Shown: positions 19,443-29,272, numbered from the stretch's first letter. The stretch: 64,000 nt of DNA from Desulfatiglandales bacterium (GCA_963667015.2 CAXXJJ010000004.1:1504001-1568000), one strand, 5' to 3'. Translations and numbers: made by a program. The notes: a model not told the origin generated them from the letters alone.

Positions 19443-19612
19443 TACCAACGTTGATGATCTCGCAAAAAGTCAGCGTCAGCAAAAAGAATACTATTTTGAT
19501 GGCCTTTAACCCATGTCTAATCATGTAATCGTCGATTCTGAGGCAAATAGGAGACTCGATTTTTTGGGTTATAACGATTATTCGACTTTTTGCGAGTCCA
19601 TCAACGTTGGCA
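19443..19612. mobile_element. MITE with 22-bp terminal inverted repeats occupying an attC position
   Basis: GTTGATGATCTCGCAAAAAGTC (19450-19471) / GACTTTTTGCGAGTCCATCAAC (19584-19605), flanked by TACCAAC and GTTGGCA. Confidence 0.7.
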
Positions 19613-19737
19613 TTTTCCCCAAATAAGGATTTTTTTCCGGATTTTTATTTTGGTTTTTAATTCTGTTTTGCTATTTGGCCATTTTGCCAGTATCAGCATT
19701 CTGGCCAAATACCATTTTTCTGCTACCACATTTCAGC

Positions 19738-19804
19738 TTTTAACGCACTGCATAAGCGGTTTGGCAGTCTTTTAGCCAAATCCGACTTAATGCAAATGTT
19801 AGAA
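19738..19804 (-). repeat. attC site
   Basis: TTTTAAC...TGCATAAGCGGTTTGGC...GCCAAATCCGACTTAATGCA...GTTAGAA with typical extrahelical bases. Confidence 0.85.
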
Positions 19805-19812
19805 CATTTAAC

Positions 19813-20988
19813 TCAAGGATGCACAAGGTTTAGAGCCCACTCAAGCTCCTCATCCTTTTCTGCACCTATCTCATCAAGATATTTTAAAAAATCATCCCAA
19901 TTCTTTCTCGCAAAAAACTTTACTTTATATTGCCCTTCTATATTTAATGCTGGTTCTTTAACCAAATCTAACATTGGATTATCGATAAACATAGCATCAC
20001 AGTATGGGGCATATGTAGATATGAACCTTATGTCATAGAAAATTCCGCTAAGCCTTTTCTTTGCTTTTTGCTTATTTTTAAATGCTCCATTTTTAACTTG
20101 TTTTTTCAAAGCGGCAAATAGACCTGATGAAATAAACTCGTATGGGGTATTATGAAAGAATTCTGAATTAAAAAATAATGTTACTCGTCGCAATCTTTCT
20201 TGCAAATCTAAATCCATATCAAAGGTTAATAGATCTTCAACAACCTTGGCATCAATAGGAGAGTCAATTAAAGCATTAAAATCTCCAGATGCCAAGCGAG
20301 CTGCCATCCTTGCATACATTTGAAAATACATTCTTGCTGCACCATTTAACTCGGTAAGTTGGTCTTGTTCAAAAGTTGTGTCATCCTTTCTCCAAGATTC
20401 AAACAAATTTATTAAATTTTCGACTGATTCTTCTTTTAATTTTCTTGTCCCATCGATATCCTCTGGAAATCCTTGCACATCAACCCAAAAGTAACCTTCC
20501 CAGCTATTAACGTCATAAGGTAAGGCATCATTCATATCTATTGGTTGGTTCTTTTTATTTTTATTAATAAAATTTTTAAAGCTTTTTATAATTTGAGTTT
20601 GACTTATTCTATACTCAGGGTGGAACTCGTTGCCTCGTGATGTTTTCTTAATGAATTCAAAGAGATCTTCTTTTTGATCATGTCGCCACTGAAGGGTTTC
20701 TGTCTTGTGTATTGGTGAATAAGGACAAACTAGCAGTTGATTATGTGCTAATATTTCAATAGTTTTAGATGCCTTGATAAATTGTTCTGCGTTCCCTCTA
20801 AAGGCATGTGATAAAAAAAATTGATCTAGATATAGTATTTTTTTTGAAAGATGAGGTAACGGAATATGCATAGAGTAATTACATTGTTCGCATCCTCTAA
20901 GTAATAGATTTTGTGAAATATTTACATTACCAAATGCATTTTCTTTTTTACAGTTGGGGCACGCCCCTATTATCCTAGTAACTAGCAA
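19813..20988 (-). CDS. Hypothetical protein, zinc ribbon + PIN-like domain, cassette-borne
   Basis: CPNC...CEQC; ILYLDQFFLS, ETL, DIRFISTYAPYCDAMFIDN acidic motifs; TTG start after GGAG. Confidence 0.8.
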   Translation of the reverse strand: MLVTRIIGACPNCKKENAFGNVNISQNLLLRGCEQCNYSMHIPLPHLSKKILYLDQFFLSHAFRGNAEQFIKASKTIEILAHNQLLVCPYSPIHKTETLQWRHDQKEDLFEFIKKTSRGNEFHPEYRISQTQIIKSFKNFINKNKKNQPIDMNDALPYDVNSWEGYFWVDVQGFPEDIDGTRKLKEESVENLINLFESWRKDDTTFEQDQLTELNGAARMYFQMYARMAARLASGDFNALIDSPIDAKVVEDLLTFDMDLDLQERLRRVTLFFNSEFFHNTPYEFISSGLFAALKKQVKNGAFKNKQKAKKRLSGIFYDIRFISTYAPYCDAMFIDNPMLDLVKEPALNIEGQYKVKFFARKNWDDFLKYLDEIGAEKDEELEWALNLVHP

Positions 20989-21012
20989 GTGTATTGCTCT
21001 CCATACTTATTG

Positions 21013-21098
21013 TTGTAACTGTGTAGCTCACAAGCCCCGCCGTGATTTGCATATCAAGCAAGGGACCCTCCGGGGTCTTGTGAAGCGCCAGGTTCGGG
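21013..21098 (-). repeat. attC site
   Basis: TTGTAAC...GCTCACAAGCCCCG...CGGGGTCTTGTGAAGC...GTTCGGG. Confidence 0.8.
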
Positions 21099-21506
21099 CT
21101 TGTCCGGTTTAAGTTTGCAATGAAGATAAACACCCAACGGACATAATATTAATGATGCTATTATATTTATAAAACCAGTTGTCAGATCAAATAATTGTGG
21201 AGCTTCGGCATAATGAACGCCTGTAAATAGTAAGTTATAGATTGTAAAAATGCCGCCCAATACTATAGCCCAGGTATATTTTCGCGTTGATTCTATAACA
21301 TATGGGATGCAATACCCTGCAATAATACAGAAAAGCCAAAACGGGAATTGAAAGGAAATCCACATCATTACGTGGCCTATTTGACCTGAAAATACTCTGT
21401 CATATACAACTGCTTTTCTCCAAAATAAAGCAACGAAACTAAATGCAGCATGATAGATGCCATAGAATCCAGAAACAATTAAAAAATTGCGCAGAGTTTT
21501 GATCAT
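21054..21506 (-). CDS. Four-TM membrane protein, first cassette of the array
   Basis: GGAGG RBS before ATG 21506; cassette bounded by GTTCGGG and CCCGAAC. Confidence 0.75.
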   Translation of the reverse strand: MIKTLRNFLIVSGFYGIYHAAFSFVALFWRKAVVYDRVFSGQIGHVMMWISFQFPFWLFCIIAGYCIPYVIESTRKYTWAIVLGGIFTIYNLLFTGVHYAEAPQLFDLTTGFINIIASLILCPLGVYLHCKLKPDKPEPGASQDPGGSLA

Positions 21507-21527
21507 CTTATGCCTCCTTTCATTGAG

Positions 21528-21624
21528 CCCGAACATGTTATTAAGCGGTTTAGAGCCGGTTTTATAAATGTCTATATATAGACTTTTTGCGTTTTTAGCC
21601 TGTTTGAAAATTGTCTATATATAG
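21528..21624 (-). other. Putative attI-like site
   Basis: Core GTTCGGG without an attC hairpin, preceded by 13-bp direct repeats TGTCTATATATAG (21569-21581, 21612-21624). Confidence 0.45.
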
Positions 21625-21723
21625 CCATTTTTTAAGACTCATCATCAACAATTCATTTTATAATAATTAAAACAGAGCCAGTTCCCTCTTGATACCTTTA
21701 ATGATCAAAACCACAAAACAACT

Positions 21724-22138
21724 GAATTCCCCGGTCCCCGAAACATTATCGGGATCTTCGACAAGCCGGGGAATGACATAAAAAAATATTGGTAAAGTTT
21801 ATAAATGATGCGCCCGGGCGCTTTAAGGCAGTAATTCATTATACCCGGAAAGATATAATAGATTAGATTTAAGACTAATGGATTGAAAAAGCAAGGAAAT
21901 AAAATTGAAGTCGGTGATCAGCCGTCTTCGCTTGCCGCTACGCCGTGCCAGGGAAATCGGAGATCAGCAATGACTACCTCACCGCCCGCTCCGCTCTAGA
22001 CGCAGAGCAGGCTGAAAAGAACCTATTCAGTCTGGTGTCATGTCATGCATCGACTGTCATCCCGACTCCCGCCAGAAAACAGCGGGATAAATTCCAGGAG
22101 AGATCCTGCAAATGTAGGGGCACGACGCATCGTGCCCA
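21724..22138. repeat. Cluster of REP-like/palindromic intergenic repeats
   Basis: ATTCCCCGG...CCGGGGAATGACA, TGTCATCCCG..., and TGTAGGGGCACGACGCATCGTGCCC (near copy at 28021). Confidence 0.55.
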
Positions 22139-22264
22139 TTATTTCAGAGTCCATCAAAATGACATGCAGAAACATTACATTGTTGACACGACTGGAAGGT
22201 TTCTATGTAACTATAATCGAACAGGTATCTTCTTCAGTGTAAATTAAGAGGAAAACCCATCCAT

Positions 22265-23356
22265 CTAAAATGTAAATCCTAACTCTATTGCCATACTTAT
22301 TCTATCATCTTTTATGCGTCCATCTTCATCAATAAAGCCATCGTCCGCTTTTACGTAAGACGCCTCCGCCCTGATATAGGTGTTATCATTATAATGCCAC
22401 GTCGGACTGAACGTTGCCGCATATATATCCTCTGTGTCAGGACTCTCGATTAATATCCGGCTGTTTTTCTGGTTGATGTATTCGAATCGTAAAGGAATTG
22501 AGAAATTGCCAAAGTTGGGGCAGATATAAACAGCGCCGCCAATAGACGATTCACTTTCATATAAATTCTTCACAGCGCTGTCCCATTTCCAGTAATCAAT
22601 ATTGAATGCAATGTCTATATCATTTATGGTGCGTTCAATAACCGCTCCGGTCAGACTCCTCTGGTCCTTGATATTATAATGATACAGGGTAAAGGTATTC
22701 TCCAGAACTGAGCCGCTTATTCCTATTTCCCATGCAGAATCAGGAGCGTTATATTCCTCATCATCCAGTCTTTCTTTAAAATATCCGCCATATAAAGAAA
22801 GTCCGTTCACATCATAAGCGATTCTGCCCCCATAGGCGTTATAGGGCTGCTGGGAAGCCACTGCGCCCAGGATGATATTTTTATTATTGAAGGTGTATGT
22901 ATTTTCAAAACCGGCGTTGGGCTGGAGCAGGCCCAGCTCAAGATTTAGATTCGTGGCGGGTTTTAATGTAAGGGACGCATACTCTATCTTAAAATCAGTA
23001 TTGTTTTCAGGTGTACCCAGGATAGAAGGTGTAGATGTCTCGCCAAATGCTGCCACAAATCCAATGGGAAGGTTCTCATCTGATGATGAGATCTCCACTA
23101 AAAAATTTGAAAGGAGAAATGCATCTTCTTCTGTATCCTCACCGGGATTGGATGCATAAAAATAACCCGCGCTGATTCCCCCGGAGATCTAAATCCCTTT
23201 TAATGCCTGTGAAACCTGTCCCCTGATCGAATCGGCATTCTCATGTTTTGCATCGGTATTACCTGACATGTCCGGACTGGCGGCAGATGAAGATACAACA
23301 CAGGTGATTAAAAAAATAAGAGTAAAAAATGAAATCTTGATAACGCCTTTTTTCAT
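22265..23356 (-). pseudogene. Outer-membrane beta-barrel/porin with in-frame TAG at codon 56 (nonsense or recoded)
   Basis: ATG 23356 + signal peptide in frame with ORF 22265..23098 across TAG 23191-23189; terminal ELGFTF. Confidence 0.75.
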
Positions 23357-23741
23357 CGTAATGTTCCTTTATTATTTCTCTAAATTTTTCCGCTGTTATT
23401 TCATCTCTTTGAACTCTATCCAGAGAACTGCACCTATCTCCACATCCTTGTCTTCTCCGTCATGTTTTATCTTTTTATCGGATGTGCGCATACCGGGACA
23501 ATCCTTCATTAATTCATTAGAGAGAAATCCCCTTCTTTTGCCAACAATTCCCCTCGTTCAACGGACAACCCGATATTTGATAAACTCATCTCCAATTTTT
23601 TAGCCAGCGACGTATGGGACATACCCAATTCCCTTGAATCCCCAAAAAACAATAGACTTCTCACCTTTACTTTAGGGATCTGATGTCACTTTGAAAAAAC
23701 TTCAGTTTTATCTATTCCTAATACTTGCGCGACTCTTCTAG

Positions 23742-23911
23742 CTAGTGTCCATCCAGAAATAACAAAAATCCGGATGGAGCTTTCAGCATTCAACTATCAG
23801 CCGTCAGCTAAAGCTCTGCTTTAAAAGCATTTAGCCAAAAGCTGAACGCTGACAGCTGACCGCGTCCATTCAAAAAGGGCCTATATGAAAAGGTTTATGG
23901 ATGGGCACTAG
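23742..23911. mobile_element. 170-bp MITE-like element with CTAG ends
   Basis: CTAGTGTCCATCCAGAAA ... TTTATGGATGGGCACTAG inverted repeats; internal TCAGC/GCTGA repeats. Confidence 0.65.
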
Positions 23912-24015
23912 CTAACCATCGTCGCGGAGGTTACCCCGAGCCAGGGAAGCATTTTAGGGTAAAAATGTTAGAGCAAGCAAGAAAAAAAAGAGGTACCCCC
24001 TTTTTTATAAACCGC

Positions 24016-25071
24016 TTATGCTGTCTTTGCTCTGCAGCCCCTTAGATCTCTGAGCCGCATATAACCGTGCACCTTCTCACCCTTTGTCAATTCCATCCGA
24101 CTCCATGAGTCGCATGAAACCTCGGTTACAAGAGTGCTGCTGTCTATATTTATCGAGATAATAACTCCGTCATCCCTGATATTCACATCACCTATCCTGC
24201 CTTCAAACCTGTTTATGGGAGGCCCATCAGGAGGTTCTTTACCGATCAATATCTTTCTGCGGGCTATAGTGAAATGTGTAAATGATTCTCCCTCATATGG
24301 AATTAAAAGCATTCCCCCCGCCCACCTTGCCTGAACAAGGCCGTTATCAAGGCATTCACACCCTTTGCAGTCAATCACATTCGGGATTTCAAGAAAACTG
24401 TTCCCATTTTCGCCATAATTGTTTTCAGGGGTAAAGGACCCAATGGAGGATGAAAGTTCTCCATCCTGCATCACCCAGATACTGTCAGCCATTTCACGAG
24501 CCTCCAGGATGTCATGGGTAACAATTATGGTTGTGAGCCCCAGTCTTTTCTGCAGGGTTCTGAATTCCTGTCTCAGGTACCTTGCGGTCCTGAAATCCAG
24601 TTTACTGAATGGTTCATCCAGTAGCAGCACCCTTGGAGAAGATGCAAGCACCCTTGCAAGTGCAGCCCTTTGTTTTTCACCGCCGCTGAAGGTTTCCGGC
24701 CTTCTGCCCGAGAGATGTGATATGCGTAGAAGTTCAACGAGTTCTTTAATACGTTCAAGTCTTTTAGATCGACTAATTTTAAGCGAGTGCATGGCAAGGT
24801 TGAGATTTCCCTCAATGGTAAGATGGGGGAAGAGATGAAGGTCCTGGCTTACAAAACCTGCCCTTCGCTCATGGGGCTTTTTATGCTGTATATCTTCGCC
24901 ATCAAACATAACACGGCCCTCATGTGATGCAAGACCTACTATCACCCTTAACATACTGGTTTTTCCTGCGCCGGATGGGCCAACCACGGCACAGATATCG
25001 CCTTCTGGCACAAAAAAATCATCCACCCGGATAAACCTGTTTTTAACACCTTCCAGCCTGATGCAGGACAT
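24016..25071 (-). CDS. modC: Molybdate ABC transporter ATP-binding protein with TOBE-like tail
   Basis: GPSGAGKT, FSGGEKQR, LLLDEPF; ATG overlaps the modB stop (TAATG). Confidence 0.85.
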   Translation of the reverse strand: MSCIRLEGVKNRFIRVDDFFVPEGDICAVVGPSGAGKTSMLRVIVGLASHEGRVMFDGEDIQHKKPHERRAGFVSQDLHLFPHLTIEGNLNLAMHSLKISRSKRLERIKELVELLRISHLSGRRPETFSGGEKQRAALARVLASSPRVLLLDEPFSKLDFRTARYLRQEFRTLQKRLGLTTIIVTHDILEAREMADSIWVMQDGELSSSIGSFTPENNYGENGNSFLEIPNVIDCKGCECLDNGLVQARWAGGMLLIPYEGESFTHFTIARRKILIGKEPPDGPPINRFEGRIGDVNIRDDGVIISINIDSSTLVTEVSCDSWSRMELTKGEKVHGYMRLRDLRGCRAKTA

Positions 25072-25871
25072 TAATAATACCCTCCCCTGTCTCCATTGGT
25101 TGCATTCCTGCTGAAGATTCTCGAAACAAGCAAGAGGATAAAGGCCGTAACTAAAAGAACAAGAGCGCATGAGATTGCAATACCTGTTTCACCGCTCGAT
25201 ATATTCAGATAAACAGCAATGGGAAGTGTTTCAGTACGAAACCTTGTTGCGCCCGCTACCATGAGAGTACCGCCGAATTCGCCCATTGTACGGGCCCATG
25301 CCAGGACCAGTCCTGACAAAAGACTTTTTCCCGCAAGGGGGATATTGACCTTTAAAAAGACTGTTAAAGGATTCAGGCCCAGGGTTTGCGCTGACTCTTC
25401 ATAACCGATATCTACCGAGGAAAAGGCCGCCCTGGCGCTTTTCATTACAATAGGTGTCGCTATGAATGCCTGGGCTGCAACCGCCCCCAGGGGCGTAAAT
25501 ATAAAATTAATACCCAGCCTGGCCAGGTAGCCTCCCAGCATCCCCTGTCCGAGCAGAAAAAGCAGGCCGACACCGACTATAAGCGGAGGCATCACAAGCG
25601 GGAGTTCGAGCAATGTCTCAAGGATGCCTTTAAAGGGGAAGCTGCTGCGGGCCATAAAATATGCAGAGGGAATGCCTATTATGATGGCAACAACCATTGC
25701 CACAACTGATGTCATTAATGAAAACCTTAAGGCAAAGAAGGTCTCGGGATGGAATACTGCCTCCAGCAGATCATGCATGGAAACCTGATTCACCAGTGCC
25801 AGGACAACAGCAGGCACAAGCAATGAAAAAAATATCAGCGGAATAGCTAGTATGCGGTCAAATCTGTTCAA
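25071..25871 (-). CDS. modB: Molybdate ABC transporter permease
   Basis: LPLVMPPLIVG, YEESAQTLG, WARTMGEFGGTLMVAG. Confidence 0.9.
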   Translation of the reverse strand: MNRFDRILAIPLIFFSLLVPAVVLALVNQVSMHDLLEAVFHPETFFALRFSLMTSVVAMVVAIIIGIPSAYFMARSSFPFKGILETLLELPLVMPPLIVGVGLLFLLGQGMLGGYLARLGINFIFTPLGAVAAQAFIATPIVMKSARAAFSSVDIGYEESAQTLGLNPLTVFLKVNIPLAGKSLLSGLVLAWARTMGEFGGTLMVAGATRFRTETLPIAVYLNISSGETGIAISCALVLLVTAFILLLVSRIFSRNATNGDRGGYY

Positions 25872-25890
25872 ATCATCACCTTTTCGCCAC

Positions 25891-26673
25891 TCACTCAGCC
25901 GGAATAAATCCGTACCTGGTAAATATTTTTATAGATTCCGGACTGCTGAAATATTCAGTCACTCTTTTCGCCCTGGCAATGTTCTTTGATGAATTTAAAA
26001 CCGACATGGTAACAACCTCGGGCGTATACAATTCACTGCTGATATCAAAATAAACCAGTTTATCATTATTTTGAATGGCATCAGCCCTTGCAATAATCGC
26101 CGCATCGATATTTCCCATACTTACATAAAGGGTCAACTGCTTTACAGTACCCGCATGAACAATGGTATTTTTAAGTATCGCATCCTTTAATCCCGATTTT
26201 TCCAGAACTCCGGCAGCGATCCGCCCAAGGGCCATTGCCCTGGGGTCCCCCAGGCCTACCCTAATTCCGGGTCTGGCAAGATCTTCAAAGCTTTTTACCC
26301 TGTCGGCAGAATTTTTATTTACTGCTACAACTGGCACATGAAGAACAAGAGGGCAGGTAAAAGCTATTTTGCCTTCCAAGGAAAGCTGATCAGTATAAAA
26401 ATTGGATCCGGGGAGAAACAGATCACCTCTTCCTGATGCCCTGTACCGTGTTAGAAGCTGCCCCGATCCTCCAAATTCAACAACCACCTTCTCTCCGGTT
26501 TTATCCGTATATCCGGAAAGAATCTCATCCACAGGCTGCCTGAGCCCTGCCCCGCAATACATTAAAAGGTCATCCGCATGTAGAATGCCTGTCGGCAGAA
26601 AAAACAGGCAGAATAACAATAGAACCAACTGGCGCCAGTAATTTCGGCTAAAAATGAATTTCATATGAACCAT
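25891..26673 (-). CDS. modA: Molybdate ABC transporter substrate-binding protein
   Basis: YCGAGL, FGGSGQL, DLFLPG, GLGDP, GNIDAAI. Confidence 0.9.
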   Translation of the reverse strand: MVHMKFIFSRNYWRQLVLLLFCLFFLPTGILHADDLLMYCGAGLRQPVDEILSGYTDKTGEKVVVEFGGSGQLLTRYRASGRGDLFLPGSNFYTDQLSLEGKIAFTCPLVLHVPVVAVNKNSADRVKSFEDLARPGIRVGLGDPRAMALGRIAAGVLEKSGLKDAILKNTIVHAGTVKQLTLYVSMGNIDAAIIARADAIQNNDKLVYFDISSELYTPEVVTMSVLNSSKNIARAKRVTEYFSSPESIKIFTRYGFIPAE

Positions 26674-26799
26674 CCTGTTCTCTTCAATATAAAGACTGCA
26701 AGTACGTTTGTTATTACATTTGTCGCTTTTATTTAACGTATAAGATAACTACTCAATACATCTGGAAATGTCAAAAGTAAACTTATATTATGAATAAAA

Positions 26800-26829
26800 T
26801 TGACATGTTAGACAAAATAATTGTATAAA
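26800..26829 (+). promoter_or_regulatory. Sigma70-type promoter
   Basis: TTGACA-N18-TATAAA upstream of the regulator. Confidence 0.55.
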
Positions 26830-26877
26830 TGTAGGTCTGAACAGGGCAATACCACAACCATGAAATCCGGAGAGGCC

Positions 26878-27993
26878 ATGAAGCAGAAGGATACAGCAAT
26901 AAAATGTAATGTTAAACAATACAGGCAGACAAAAGGCTGGTCACAGCAGCAGCTGGCAGATATGATTAATGTGAGGCGCCAGGCGATTTATGATATTGAG
27001 AACGAAAGATACATGCCTAATACCGCCATTGCCCTCCGCCTTGCAAAGCTCTTCGGCTGCAGGGTTGAAGACCTGTTCACAGAAGAGGAGCAGGAAAACC
27101 TGCAGGAGGTACACATTGTAAACGGTGAAAAGACCCCTAACTCCCGCCTGGCACTTGGTAAGGTCAGAGACCGGCTTATAGGTGTTCCCCTCAGGGGAGA
27201 AAGATCCACCTCATTTGGGTTGCTGCCGGCTGATGGAATTCTGGACAGGCAGGGTGAAAAGGCGAAGGTATTTTCAGCACAACAGACAGATAAAACCATT
27301 ATTATAATGGGCTGTGATCCCGCCTTTGAATTGCTCAGCCACCATGTTTCTAGGGTTTCACCCCAGTCACGCGTCCACTGCCTGTTTGCCTCCAGCGACA
27401 AGGCCCTTTCCAATTTATCGGAAGGCATTACTCACATTGCAGGCACCCATTTCCACAACAGCGATGAAAAGGAATCGAATGTAGAAATAGCATCTAAAAA
27501 ACTGGGTAAAATGAAGTCTCATATAATCGGCTTTTCCCTTCTTGAAGAAGGCCTCATGGTGGCAAAAAACAATCCTCTTGGAATAAGAAATGTAAATGAC
27601 CTTGCCCAGCCAATGGTAAGGTTTGTTAACAGAGACCAGGGAGCCGCCCTCAGGACCCTGCTTGATGACCTGCTTGTGCGTGAAGGCATTAAAGATTCGG
27701 ATATTAACGGATATTATAATGAGGTCACTTCACACCGTGAAGGGGCCTATCACATTGCCTGCCGTGTTGCAGATGCGGCCCTCGGTTTAAGGATTATCGC
27801 GGATATTTACGGCCTTGATTTTGTGCCTCTTACCTCGGTCAGGTGCGATCTGGTCATCCCCGATGACATGATGAATCATCCCACTGTTCAGGTTCTTACC
27901 GATATCCTTCAGTCGGCGGCTCTGATGAATGAAATAAACGCCATACCCGGATATGAGAGCTCGGCCACAGGAAGAGTTATAGCCGCTCTCTAA
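26878..27993 (+). CDS. XRE-HTH + periplasmic-binding-fold (molybdate-binding) transcriptional regulator, divergent from modABC
   Basis: SQQQLADMINVRRQAIYDIENERYMP HTH; HIAGTH, GLMVAKNNPLGI, RFVNRDQGAALRTLLD PBP motifs. Confidence 0.88.
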   Translation: MKQKDTAIKCNVKQYRQTKGWSQQQLADMINVRRQAIYDIENERYMPNTAIALRLAKLFGCRVEDLFTEEEQENLQEVHIVNGEKTPNSRLALGKVRDRLIGVPLRGERSTSFGLLPADGILDRQGEKAKVFSAQQTDKTIIIMGCDPAFELLSHHVSRVSPQSRVHCLFASSDKALSNLSEGITHIAGTHFHNSDEKESNVEIASKKLGKMKSHIIGFSLLEEGLMVAKNNPLGIRNVNDLAQPMVRFVNRDQGAALRTLLDDLLVREGIKDSDINGYYNEVTSHREGAYHIACRVADAALGLRIIADIYGLDFVPLTSVRCDLVIPDDMMNHPTVQVLTDILQSAALMNEINAIPGYESSATGRVIAAL

Positions 27994-28020
27994 ATAGGTT
28001 TACAATAAAAACAAATGTAC

Positions 28021-28100
28021 TGTAGGGGCACGGCGCTCCGTGCCCAGGTCTGCAGGCCCTGGAAAATCGTTATTCAGGGCACTCTGCAGCGTGACCCTGC
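28021..28100. repeat. GTAG-type REP pair
   Basis: TGTAGGGGCACGGCGCTCCGTGCCC and CAGGGCACTCTGCAGCGTGACCCTG. Confidence 0.55.
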
Positions 28101-28246
28101 GTGTATTACTGGATATATAACCTTGACAATATCCGGCTGCAAATGTAGTTAATACATTTTTCCCGGCCCTTCTTTACAAAAAACCGGGCACAGGAAAACC
28201 TGTCCGCCGCTGGCGGATCAAAATTCAAATGCGGGGGGAAGTAATA

Positions 28247-28417
28247 ATGGAAAAAAACAAAACCACAAAACAGCCGAAACCGGGACGCATAGAGGCCTTT
28301 CGCGAATTACCCGAAAGTATACTAAAAAACTTTACCAAAGATGAAGTTAAGGCATTCATGTTTGAGGAAGAATGGCCTGAATCCCTGGCAGAAAAATTAA
28401 AGGATTACATGGTTTAA
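28247..28417 (+). CDS. Small hypothetical protein
   Basis: GGGGGA RBS; AFRELPESILKNFTKDEVKAFMFEEEWPESL. Confidence 0.65.
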   Translation: MEKNKTTKQPKPGRIEAFRELPESILKNFTKDEVKAFMFEEEWPESLAEKLKDYMV

Positions 28418-28691
28418 TTTTACAAAAACTGATGTTTTTGAAGAGAAGCCATAAGCATTCAGCTATCAGTCAAAGGATAAAAAACATAAAGTCTTTTCAC
28501 AGTTTCCATTGTAGCAGCATATCAATAAAAAACCGGTGCAGGGTAATCGTGTAAATACCAGGCTCCGGTTTTCTCTATTTTTTATTCTCTAATTTCTATA
28601 TTCTATTTTCCAGTGATATCGGCCCTAAGATATCTGGTTAATGAATTACATCTTTCTACTCTGTGCCATGTGAGCTATGCCTTTTACCCTA

Positions 28692-29045
28692 TTATCGAGG
28701 CAGGATAAGATTGGATTTTTCATTCCTTTCCGCCGTTTCCATCTCCTGCTGCATCTTCTGAACCTGTTCTATCATCCGGGTCATCTCATTCTCCATGGCA
28801 GAAGGAAAACGATCCATTGCCTCTTCCAGGGTTGAGGCATTCAGGCGGGCCTGTATTGGTACCGGCCCCTGTGGCGACATCAGCTGTGTATGCCCGACAT
28901 AAATCCTTTCGCGGCTCTCATCTATTGTTCCGTCCAGCTTTACAGGCATAAGACACCTTATGGAGGCTGTCTTAAGGTCTGTGATATTTTCTTCCCTGTA
29001 AAGATTATTTTTATTAACTGTAAAATCTATCTGGTTATCAGCCAT
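28692..29045 (-). CDS. Conserved hypothetical cytoplasmic protein
   Basis: AAGGAG RBS; NLYREENITDLK...GHTQLMSPQGPVPI. Confidence 0.85.
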   Translation of the reverse strand: MADNQIDFTVNKNNLYREENITDLKTASIRCLMPVKLDGTIDESRERIYVGHTQLMSPQGPVPIQARLNASTLEEAMDRFPSAMENEMTRMIEQVQKMQQEMETAERNEKSNLILPR

Positions 29046-29272
29046 TTACTACTCCTTTTATTAAGAAGGTTTTGGGTTTCAGATTATATTTAGCGAATTG
29101 CACCTATAACCTATTTAATCCTTTTATGCAAATTCGATCTTTCCAACTTAAAGTAAATATATTAAACAGGAAAAAAGTTATTTTGTGAGAAGGTAAGTTT
29201 TTAAAAGTATAATCATAGATTATGAACAATGAACGGTTTTATAAACCCTGAATCTTTAACCGGGATAACATC

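Larger units (their letters stand above)
13848..21624 (-). mobile_element. Integron gene-cassette array lacking an integrase (CALIN)
   Basis: About 11 AAC...GTT-bounded imperfect hairpins separating unrelated, co-oriented, AT-rich genes; several cassettes have complementary ends (GTTCGGG/CCCGAAC, GTTGTGT/ACACAAC, GTTATAC/GTATAAC); no tyrosine recombinase in the window. Confidence 0.85.

Noticed and set aside
13800..21650. CRISPR array
   Set aside because: Repeats are non-identical hairpins separated by genes; no cas genes
21640..22260. Integron integrase or ORF 21945..22247
   Set aside because: No tyrosine recombinase motifs; the region consists of REP-like repeats
23400..24000. Moco/tungsten-cofactor riboswitch near the mod locus
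   Set aside because: No recognisable consensus; the structure is explained by the MITE
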